Positions 51,376 through 61,200 of a stretch of 64,000 nucleotides of DNA are shown piece after piece. The stretch's first letter is position 1; every line of letters begins with the position of its first letter. Source of the stretch: Myxococcota bacterium (GTDB lineage Bacteria > Myxococcota_A > UBA796 > UBA2385); assembly GCA_044344255.1 (NCBI GenBank), contig JBIJDH010000022.1, positions 76,044 through 140,043 on the forward strand, in the 5' to 3' direction. The notes under the pieces are model-generated. The model saw nothing but the letters and a program-made list of their open reading frames with translations. It was not told the origin of the DNA and ran no database searches. The position numbers and the translations under genes were made by a program.

Positions 51376-52320
51376 GTGGCACTCAGCCTCCTGCGCCTGC
51401 TCAGCCTCGTCTCCCTGGCCACGCTGGCCCTCCCCGCCTTCGCGGGTGCCACCGCCTCTGACTTCAAGAAGGAGACGAAGAAGGGCGCCAACTACTGGAA
51501 CGCCCAGGCCGCCATCGACGGCGACATGAAGACCTGCTGGATGGTGCCCGGGGAGAGCCAGAACAAGGGCGAGTGGATCATGCTCGAGGCCCCCAAGTCC
51601 AAGATCGACAAGATCGGCATGGTGGTGGGCTGGGGCAAGGATGACGCCATCTTCAAGGACTACGCCCGCGTCAAGACGGTCAACGTCATCGCCTACAAGT
51701 ACGACGACGACAACAACATGGTCGAGGCCGCCCGTCAGGTCGCCACCTTCGAAGACAAGCCGGGGATGCAGGTCGTCGACATCGAAGACATGCAGATCGG
51801 TGACGAGAACTTCGGCGGCAAGGTCAAGATCGAGGTGACGGACTTCTACGAGGGCAAGGACTTCCCGAACCTCGCCGTGAGCGAGGTCCTGATGGTCCTC
51901 ACCGAGTTCGACGCCAAGCCCGTGGTCAAGAGCGTCTCCTCCGAGGACGCCGGCCACGACGGCGGCATGATGATCGACCTCAGCCCCAAGACCTTCTGGT
52001 CTGGTGACGCCGCCGGGGCCGCCCTCACCTTCGAGGCCTCCGGCTTCTCGCTCGCCCGCGTGGGCATCACGCCGGGGCCGAAGGAGTACGCCCGCCCGAA
52101 GAAGGTGAAGGTCACCGCCAACGAGCGCAGCGTCGAGGCCGAGCTCCCCGACAAGGCGGGGGCCCAGTGGGTCGAGATCCCCGCCGTCGTCGGCTACACC
52201 GGCAGCGCCTGGGGCATGATCAAGGTCGAGATCCTCGAGACGTACCCCGGCACCAAGTTCCCCACGAAGGTCGCGATCAACGAGCTCGACGCCAAGGCCA
52301 CGGCGATGGACGGCATCTGA
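51376..52320 (+). CDS. Secreted protein with two discoidin/galactose-binding-like domains
   Basis: AAGGAG RBS and signal peptide; AAIDGDMKTCW...GEWI...KIEVTDFYEG..LAVSEV, repeated as MIDLSPKTFW...KVEILETYPG..VAINEL. Confidence 0.75.
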   Translation: MALSLLRLLSLVSLATLALPAFAGATASDFKKETKKGANYWNAQAAIDGDMKTCWMVPGESQNKGEWIMLEAPKSKIDKIGMVVGWGKDDAIFKDYARVKTVNVIAYKYDDDNNMVEAARQVATFEDKPGMQVVDIEDMQIGDENFGGKVKIEVTDFYEGKDFPNLAVSEVLMVLTEFDAKPVVKSVSSEDAGHDGGMMIDLSPKTFWSGDAAGAALTFEASGFSLARVGITPGPKEYARPKKVKVTANERSVEAELPDKAGAQWVEIPAVVGYTGSAWGMIKVEILETYPGTKFPTKVAINELDAKATAMDGI

Positions 52321-54387
52321 GTGCCCGCCGGCCGCCGCCTCGGCCTCGCCCTCTGCGTCGCGCTCTCCCTCCTCCACGGCTGTCGGGAGGGCGGTGACAA
52401 GGGCGGGGGCGCACCGGGCGGCGACGGCGACAGCGGGGAGGACACTGGCCCCGTCGGCGGAGACGCGCGCTACTCCCTGCTCCCCGACGGCCGGCTCAAC
52501 CACCTCCTGCCGCAGTACATCGGGCTCGACCGAGACAGCCGCCGGCTTTACTTCACCTCGAACGCCTCCCGCACCCTGGCGGCGGTCGACGTGGACGCCG
52601 GCGAGCTGCTGGGCGTCTACCCCTTGCCCGACACCGCCCAGCCGCGGACGGGCCTGCGGGTCGATTACACGGGCCTCGTCTGGGTGAGCGCTGGGGCCGA
52701 GCCCGCCCTCACCCGCTTTGACCCCGCCACCGGCGAGGCCACCGCCGTCGACAGCGGCCTCGTCGCCATCGCCGGCCTCGCCCGGCGGCCGGAGGGCGGC
52801 GTGGTGGCGCTCGGGGCCACCGCGGTCGAGGGTGAGTCGGCGATGGTGGTGATCGATCCCGACGGCGCCGTGCTCACGTCGGTCCCGGTCACTCGCTCCA
52901 CCTTCGGCTTCTCCGAGTCCGGGCGCGGCCAGGTCGCCGTCCTCGAGGCCCAGGGGAGCCACCTGCCGAGCGTGCTCCGCCTGCTCGACCCCGACGACCT
53001 CTCCGAGCAGGGCCGCGTCGCCGCCGAGGACCTCGTCGAGCACCCCGGCACCTTCGCGCCGCTGGTCGACCTCGGCGAGGGTCGTTTCGCCGCCGTCTGG
53101 GGCGACACGCTCCTCGTCATCGACGGTGACACCAACACCTGGACGCTGCGCGCCGAGGGCACCGAGAACAAGTCGGCCGTGCCGGTCGAGGGCGGGCTGC
53201 TCGTCTTCGACCGCCTCTCCGCCGACCCCGCCACCGCCCCGCTCCACGGCGAGCTGCGCGCTTACGACGACGACCTCAACCCGCTCGGCGAGGCCCTGCC
53301 CACCGGCAAGAACACCGGCTACGCCACGCTCGACCCCTTGACCGGGCTCGTCTGGATAAACTCCGAAGGCAGCACGGAGGTCCTGGCGATGGACCCTGCG
53401 AGCGGCGAGGTCCGCCTCCGAGTGCGCTCGGGCGAGCACCTCGAGAGCGTGGCCGCCCTCGCGGCCGCCGACGGCGAGGCCGCCGACGACGCGGAGGAGG
53501 CCGACGCCGTCTGGTTCACCGGCCGGCTCACCAACACCGTCGGGCGCATCGACCTTCAGACCGGCGCCACCACCGTGACCGAGGCGCTGACCTGGCCGGT
53601 GGCGCCGCTGCTCCAGGGCGGCGCGCTCTACGTCGTCACCCAGATGAGCAACGAGCTCGTCACCCTCGACCCCGACACGCTCGCCGTCCGCGCCTCGGTG
53701 CCCCTCGACCTCACGCTCAACGGCACGCTCACCTTCGACGACCTCGCGGGAGACCCGGCCCGCGGCAGCCTCTTCCTCAGCCAGACCCTCGACCATGTCC
53801 TGGTCGAGCTCGACGCCGCCACCGGCCTCGAGCGTGGCCGCTGGGCGCTCTCGGGCGCGGCCCCCACCGACGAGGACAAGCCCGGGCACGATCAGCTCAT
53901 GGCCATCGGCCCCCGCTGGCTCGTGCTCTGCACCCACTCGGGCGAGGCCACCCTGATCGACCCCGATCGCGCCCTGGCCGAGCCCCTGCCCGTCCCCGAG
54001 GCCCTGCGCCGCAGCCTCAGCCGGGCCGCCCGCTTCGAGCACCTCTCGCCCGTGCTGAGCGTCGGCAGGGGCCACTTCTACATCGACGGCGTCGCCTTCA
54101 ACGCGAGCACCTTCGAGCCCGCACCCGCCTACGACGTCGACGCCGATCTGCTCATCGGCGAGCTCGACGGCCAGCGTCTCGCCTACGCCGGGTCCGACGG
54201 GGGTGAGCTGCGCCTCCTCGACGAGGCCGGCGCGGTCATCGCACGTCGGGCGCTCGGCCTCGGCGCCGACGCGGCGCCCACCTTCACGCTCCAAGTCTCT
54301 GGCGGCCGGCCGCGGCTCATCGTCTCCGACTTCGAGACCGCCGCCGTCTCCGTCCTCGACCTCCGCGACCTCGCCGCAGGCGGCTGA
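52321..54387 (+). CDS. Beta-propeller (YncE/Vgb-like) lipoprotein
   Basis: Lipobox LHGC and repeated beta-strand/DPATG-type blades. Starts immediately after the previous stop. Confidence 0.7.
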   Translation: MPAGRRLGLALCVALSLLHGCREGGDKGGGAPGGDGDSGEDTGPVGGDARYSLLPDGRLNHLLPQYIGLDRDSRRLYFTSNASRTLAAVDVDAGELLGVYPLPDTAQPRTGLRVDYTGLVWVSAGAEPALTRFDPATGEATAVDSGLVAIAGLARRPEGGVVALGATAVEGESAMVVIDPDGAVLTSVPVTRSTFGFSESGRGQVAVLEAQGSHLPSVLRLLDPDDLSEQGRVAAEDLVEHPGTFAPLVDLGEGRFAAVWGDTLLVIDGDTNTWTLRAEGTENKSAVPVEGGLLVFDRLSADPATAPLHGELRAYDDDLNPLGEALPTGKNTGYATLDPLTGLVWINSEGSTEVLAMDPASGEVRLRVRSGEHLESVAALAAADGEAADDAEEADAVWFTGRLTNTVGRIDLQTGATTVTEALTWPVAPLLQGGALYVVTQMSNELVTLDPDTLAVRASVPLDLTLNGTLTFDDLAGDPARGSLFLSQTLDHVLVELDAATGLERGRWALSGAAPTDEDKPGHDQLMAIGPRWLVLCTHSGEATLIDPDRALAEPLPVPEALRRSLSRAARFEHLSPVLSVGRGHFYIDGVAFNASTFEPAPAYDVDADLLIGELDGQRLAYAGSDGGELRLLDEAGAVIARRALGLGADAAPTFTLQVSGGRPRLIVSDFETAAVSVLDLRDLAAGG

Positions 54388-54412
54388 GGCTGGTCCCCCG
54401 CGGCGCGCGGCC

Positions 54413-55081
54413 TCAGAGCCAGGCGTAGGCCGCGCGGAGGGCCTCCTTGCCGTCGGCCTCGAGGAGTGCGCCGTGGGCGAGCACCACCTTGTCGATGTCC
54501 CACGCGAGCATCCGGTCGACCTCCCGCCGCGCGACCCGCCGATCGCGCACCATCAGCGGCTCCATCCAGCCGAGGCCGGGCCCGCGGTTGCCCATCAGCC
54601 CAGCGACGAAGCGGGTGGAGGCGTAGTCGTGCGTCGAGAGGTTGAGCAGCGCGTCGGCGCAGATGAAGGTGCGGCTCTTCGGGTGGTAGAAGTCGACCTC
54701 GTCCTCCCGCCGCGCCGAGAAGTAGACCTGCTGCAGATCGGCCGCCCAGCGTTCGTGCGGCCTGTCGCCGAGCACGAGGTGAAAGGCGAGGTCGGGCCTC
54801 TTCTTCGCGAGCCCCGGGCAGCCGCCGTAGACGGCGTCCGGGTAGGCCCGCAGCCAGTCGCCGACGTGCAGGTGGTGGAAGCGGCTCGGCGCCACCACCG
54901 CCCGCACCGGGCCGAGCGTGTCGATCGCCGCGCGCAGCTCGGGGTCGAGGGCCACGGGCGAGTGGATGAAGAGCCCGCCGTCGGCGAGGCGGACGACGGT
55001 CATGCGCGTGCCGGTCTCGAGCCCAAAGAAGCGGACGCGGCGGGCGACGACCCAGAGGTCTTCGGCGAAGGGGGTGAGCAT
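54413..55081 (-). CDS. DUF4336-family (metallo-beta-lactamase-like fold) protein
   Basis: TRMTVVRLADGGLFIHSP, VAPSRFHHL, FYHPKSRTFICAD and VLAHG. Confidence 0.85.
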   Translation of the reverse strand: MLTPFAEDLWVVARRVRFFGLETGTRMTVVRLADGGLFIHSPVALDPELRAAIDTLGPVRAVVAPSRFHHLHVGDWLRAYPDAVYGGCPGLAKKRPDLAFHLVLGDRPHERWAADLQQVYFSARREDEVDFYHPKSRTFICADALLNLSTHDYASTRFVAGLMGNRGPGLGWMEPLMVRDRRVARREVDRMLAWDIDKVVLAHGALLEADGKEALRAAYAWL

Positions 55082-55231
55082 CTCCGCATCCTACCTGAGG
55101 GCAGGGGCCGCTGCAGGGGGCCAGAGCTGGGCGCCGCCCGACCCCTGACCGACCGCCCGCCCTTCCCATCAGGTCAGGCTCGCCACCCCCCCCGCGCCGG
55201 TGGTAAACCCACGGCCTGCCTCGGAGCCTCG

Positions 55232-58200
55232 ATGTCCCGCCCTGTAGAGCCCATCGCCATCATCGGCCTCGCCTGCCGTTACCCGGGCGCGCCCGACGCC
55301 CGAGCGCTCTGGGAGAACATCCTGGCTCGACGCCAGCAGTTCCGGCAGATGCCCGACTGCCGGCTGCCGATCGCCGACTACCACAGCCTCGACCGGGCGG
55401 TGGAGGATGTGACCTACGGCAAGCGGGCCGCGGTCATCGATGGTTGGAGCTTCGATCCGGCCGCCCATCGGGTGCCCCGCTCCTCCTTTGAGTCCACCGA
55501 TGTGGTGCATTGGCTCACCCTCGACATCGCCAAACAGGCGGTGGAGAGCGCCGGCCTCAACCTCGACGGCATGGACCGCGACCGCATCGGCATGGTCCTC
55601 GGCAACACGCTCACCGGAGAGGAGACCCGCGCCAACACCATGCGCCTCCGCTGGCCCACGCTCCGGCGGGCGCTCCGCCACGCCGCGCTCGCCACCGGCC
55701 TCGACCCCGACGAGGGCCCTGAGCTGGAGCTGGCGCTCGAACAGACCTGGAAGAGCATCTTCCCGCGGATCACCGAGGACTCCCTGGCCGGCGGCCTCGC
55801 CAACACCATCGCCGGGCGGGTGTGCAACGTCCTCGATCTGCACGGCGGCGGCTGGGTGGTGGACGGAGCCTGCTCCTCCTCGCTGCTCGCCGTAGCCACC
55901 GCCGCCGAGCTCATCGCCTCCGGCCAGCTCGACATCGCGCTCTGCGGCGGGGTCGACGTCAGTCTCGACCCATTCGAGCTCGTGGGCTTCGCCAAGGCCA
56001 CCGCGCTCTCGGCCGGCGACATGAACGTCTATGACAAGCGCGGCAAGGGCTTCATCCCGGGCGAGGGCTGCGGCGTGGTGGTGCTCCAGCGCCTCGACCA
56101 CGCGCGCCGTGACGGACATCCGGTGCTGGCCCAGCTGCGCGGCTGGGGCATCTCCTCGGACGGGAAGGGGGGCATCACCGCGCCCTCTGCCCGCGGTCAG
56201 GCCCTCGCCCTCCGTCGGGCCTACGAGCGGGCCGGCTACAGCCCGCACAGCCTCGACTTCGTCGAGGGCCATGGCACCGGCACCGCGGTGGGCGACCGCG
56301 TCGAGCTCGAGGGCATCTCGGAGGCCGTCGACGCCTTCGGGGAGAAGCGGAGCCGGAGCATCGGCGTCACCTCCTTCAAGTCGATCGTGGGCCACACCAA
56401 GGCGGCGGCGGGCATCGGCGGCTTCATCAAGGCGGTGCTCGCGGTGAACCAGCGGGTGGTCCCTCCCACCGCCGGCTGTGTCGAGCCCCACACGGTCTTC
56501 GGCGAGCGGGCCCGGGCGCTCTACCCGGTGCTGCGCGGCGAGCAGCGCCCCCTCACGGACCGCCTGCGGGCCGGCGTGTCGGCGATGGGCTTCGGCGGCA
56601 TCAATTCCCACGTGACCTTGGAGAGCGGCGACGCGCCCGACCCCGCCTTCGCCCTCGGCCGCGACCCCTCCACCCTCAAGCCCTGGGAGTCGGAGGTCTT
56701 CCCGATAGCGGCGCCGAGCCGGGAGGCCCTGCTCGCCGCAGCTCAGGCCCTCTCCCTGGACGCCGCCGGCATCTCCGTCGCCGAGCTCGGCGACCTCGCC
56801 ATCCGCACCGCCGCCCGGCTCGGGCAGGGGCCCTGCCGCGCCGCGGTCGTCGCCTCCAGCCCCGATGAGCTGGTGGCGGCCCTCGGGGCCCTCCTGGTGC
56901 GGCTCCAGAGCGGTGAGCCGCTGGAGATCGATCGAAAGGTGGGCCTCTTCGCCGGGGCCAGAGCGACCGGCGAGGTCGATGCTGCGCCCCGCGTGGGCTT
57001 CCTCTTCCCCGGTCAGGGCTCCCAGCTCCTCGGCATGGCCGGCGGCCTCCTCGACCGCTACGCCTGGGCCCGGGAGCTGGCCGCGGAGGCCGATGGCTGG
57101 GTCGCGGGTTTCCCCGCCTTTCAGGCGGAGCCACTCTCCGCCTTCATGCAGCGTCCCACCTGGCGGGACCCCGCGGGTGAGTCCCAGGCCGAGTGGAAGG
57201 CGGCCCTCACCCGCACCGAGGTGGCCCAGCCGGCGATCGCGCTGGCATCGCTGCTCTGGTTCGAGCTGCTCCGTCGTGTGGGCCTGTCCCCCGCCGTGAC
57301 CGGCGGCCACAGCCTGGGCGAGCTCATGGCCCTCTGCGCCTCGGGGGCCTTCGACGCCGCCACGCTCCTGCAGATCGCGGCCCTGCGCGGCCAGGCCATG
57401 GCCGCACCCGCTGCTGACGCGGGCACGATGGCGGCCCTCGTCTGCGACCCCGCGCTCGCGCTCTCGCTCTTGGAGGGGACGGCCGCGGTGCTGGCCAACC
57501 GAAACTCCCCCGAACAGTGTGTGGTCTCCGGCACCCTCGCGGACGTGGAGCGGGTGGTGGAGCGGGCGGCCGCCGCGGGGCTCCGCGCTCGGCGCCTCAC
57601 CGTGTCGAACGCCTTTCACTCCCCCCTGGTCGCCGCCGCCGCCGCCCAGGTGGCCGCCGACCCGCGTGTCCCCCGCCGGGCCGCGGGGCTTACAACCACA
57701 ACCCTCTCCTGCACCGATGGGGCGCCGTTCTCCGCCGATGCCGACCTCCGGGCCCACCTCGGTCGTCAGATCACGGCCCCGGTCGACTTCATCCGCCTCG
57801 CCGCCGCGATGGCCGAGTCGGCCGACCTCCTCATCGAGGTGGGCCCCGGTCGGGTGCTCTCCGGGCTCGTGGAGCGCTGCGCGGTGGGCCGCGCTTGCCT
57901 GCCCGCGGAGGGACAGCCTGGGCGAGACCGCGACGCCGCGCTGCTCTTCGCGGAGGCCTTCACCCGCGGCTGCGACCTCTCCTGGTCTGCCCTCTACGAG
58001 GGGCGGTTCGCGCGGCCCTTCGTCCCCGCCCGCGAGCTGCACTTCTACGAGAACCCCTGCGAGCGGCCCTTCGCCCGGGTGGTGCTGCCCGAGCTTCAGG
58101 CCCTCCCCCGCGCGCTGCGCCTCCGCCCGGGGGGCCGGGCCTCGGGGCAGCTCGGCGAGCTCGTCACCCTGCTCAGCACCGCGCTCTCGGCCACCCACGT

Positions 58201-61200
58201 CGCGATCTACGTCTCGCAGGCCTCCTCCCTCGATCTGCTGTCGGCCCTCCCCGAGCGCAGCCGCCGGAGCCTCCCCTCCGGGCAGGGCATCGTGGCCCAG
58301 GTGCTCGCCGCTGGCCTGATGCGCGCCGTCCCCCTGCTCGCCGCGGAGCCCGGCTTTCGCCCCGAGGTGGACGGCTGGCCCGCCACCCTGCTCCAGGGCG
58401 CGCTCTACCTTCCGGTGCCCCTGGAGGCCGGCACCGCGGTGGTGATGGTGGCCCGAAGCGGCGCCGAGCCCTTCACCGAGGCCGACCAGCGCACGCTCTC
58501 CGCCCTCGCCGGCTCGGCCCGGCCCTTCATCGGACAGGCCCACCTCGAGCTCCAGGTCGAGAACGCCCACGCGCTGGAGGCGAAGCTGCGCGGCTGGGCG
58601 ACCGAGATCGAGAGGGACCAGCCGGTCTCCACCCTCATCGAGAGCTGGATCGAGGCCGCGGTCTCGTCCTATGGCACCGAGGCGGGCTCCCTCTTCCTCT
58701 ACGATCGACGCCGGGAGGAGCTCGTGAGCGTGGCGGCGGTGGCGCCCGGCGAAAAGGGCAGCCTCCGCGCCGTGACGTTACGCTTCCCCGCCAACCGGGG
58801 CATCGCCGGCCATGTGCTCACGACCGGCGAAGATGTACACATCGACGATGCGTACGGTGACCCCCGCTTCAACCCCGCCGTAGACAAACAGACGGGCTTT
58901 CGCACCCGCACCATTGACTGTATGGCCCTCGTCGACGATGCCGGGCAGGCCATCGGCGTGCTCCAGCTCCTCAACCGCGACGACCGGCGCTGGGGCCCGG
59001 CCGAGCGGGACGGCCTCCGACGCCTCGCCACGCAGCTCTCGGCCCTCCTCCGCCTCTCGAAGCTCGTGGAGGGCGTGCAGGGCAGCGTCGAGGCCCCCGC
59101 CGCAGCCCCCGCCGAGGGCGCGGCCTCTGCCGGTAGCGCCGCCTCTGCCGCGGGTGCTCCTCGGGCCCTGCTCTATGGCCTCGTCACCCGGTTGACCGGC
59201 TTCGCACTCGACTCCCTGCACGGCGGGCTCCGTCTCCTCGACGACCTGAACCTCGACTCCATCAAAGCCGGCTCGCTGCTCGCCGAGCTCGGGAAGGGGC
59301 TCGGGCTCCCCCCCGGCAAGCTCGAGGGGCTCGCGAATGGCACGCTGGACGAGATCCTCGGCCGGGTGGGCGGCTCCGCCACCGACGCGGCGGCCCTGGA
59401 GGCGAAGCTCTATGCCCTCGTAGAGGAGCGCACCGGCTTCGCCCGCTCCACCCTGCACGGCGGGCTGCGCCTCCTCGACGACCTGAACCTCGACTCCATC
59501 AAGGCGGGCTCGCTGCTCGCCGAGCTCTCGAAGGCCGCCGGCCTCTCTGCCGCCCCCGAGGGCCTCGCCAACGCCTCGCTCTCCGACATCCTGGCCCGGC
59601 TCCAGCCCTCGGCGGCAGCCGAGGTCCACATTCAGGACCCCCTGCCGCCGGCCTGGGTGCGGGACTTCACCGTCTCGTGGTCCCCCGCGCCCCTCCTCCC
59701 CCCTCCGCTTCCTCCGATGGGGGAGGCCGAGAAGGGCGATGGCGCCGGCCTCCTCGTGGTGAGCGACTCGGACGACGCCCTCCGCGTCGCCCTCCAGGCC
59801 GCACTGCCGGCCGCCCGCTTCTCCGATGACGAGACGAGCGGGATCAACGAGGAGGGCGGCCCGGTTCGCCACCTCGTGGTCCTCGCCCCCACGGGACCAC
59901 CGGATGTGGAGCGGGATGTGCGTCGGCTCGCGGTCACCCACCGCCTCCGCGAGGGGGGCCTCGACGGGGCCCTCGCCGCCATCACCTTCGTGCAGCGGGG
60001 TGATGGGCGGATGGGCCAGCAGGAGCCCGAAGGAGGGCACCACCTGGGCCTCCGCGCCTTCGCCGCCTCCGTCAGCCAGGACCGCCCCGGCCTCATCGTC
60101 CGCGCCCTCGACCTCCACCGTCACCTCTCCGATGAGGCTGCCCTCCAGGCCCTCGGCGGCGAGCTCCGCCTCCCTCGCTCCGGGGCCGCCGGGGTCGACG
60201 CCCTGGGCGCTCGCCTCGAGCCCGCCCTCCACACCCTCTCGGCGAAGGAGGCCCGCGGCGCCGTGGCGCTCCCGGGCCCGGGGGAGCTCATCCTCGTGAC
60301 CGGCGGCGCCAAGGGCATCACCGCGGAGTGCGCCCTGGCCCTCGGCCGCGAGACCGGCGCCCGCTTCGTGCTCATCGGCAGCTCCGCCGCTGAGCCCGGT
60401 GGCGAGGTGGAGGGCACGCTCCGCCGCTTCGCCGAGGCCGGCCTGCTGGCCGAGTACCGCCGCTGCGACGTCGGCGACGCCGGCGCGGTCACCGCCCTCG
60501 TCGCCGCGGTGCAAGCAGAGCGGGGGCCCATCGTGGGCTTCATCCATGGGGCCGGCCTCAACAAGCCCCGGCCGGCCGAGCAGGTGCCCGCCGAGGCGGC
60601 GCTCCGCGAGATCCGCCCGAAGCTCCTGGGCGCCACCCACTTCCTGGCAGCGCTGGAGTCGGCCCCGCCCCGCCTGATCATCGGCCTCACCTCGATCATC
60701 GGCGTGGTCGGCATGCCGGGAAATGCCTGGTACGCCTTCTCGAACGAGCGCCTCGACCTCGCCCTCCGCGACTTCGCCGCCCGCCACCCGGGCACCCACG
60801 CCGTGAGTCACGCCTGGTCGGTGTGGGATGAAGTGGGCATGGGCGTGAAGCTCGGCAGCGTCGATCACCTCGCGCAGAAGGGCATCTCCGCCATCCCGGT
60901 CGAGGAGGGCCTCCGGCACTTCCTCCGGTGGGTGAAGCGCAGCCCGCCGGACACCCAGGTGGTGATGACGAGCCGCCTCGGCGGGCTTGGGGCGGCGGGC
61001 GGGTCCCTGCCCGATCCCGGTCGATACACCGGCAGCCCCCGGGCCTTCACCCCCGGCGTGGAGTGGGTGAGCCGGGTCCGCCTGTCGGCTGACACGGACC
61101 GCTTCGTCTACGATCACGACTTCAAGGGCTCCCTGCTCTTCCCCACCGTCTACGGCCTCGAGGCCATGGGACAGGCCGTGCTCGCCGTCACCGGCCGCCC

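Noticed and set aside
54203..55231. N-terminal 343 aa of the 3152-aa ORF as part of the PKS
   Set aside because: It overlaps the DUF4336 gene on the other strand and the end of the propeller gene. The KS begins at ATG 55232, which has an RBS.
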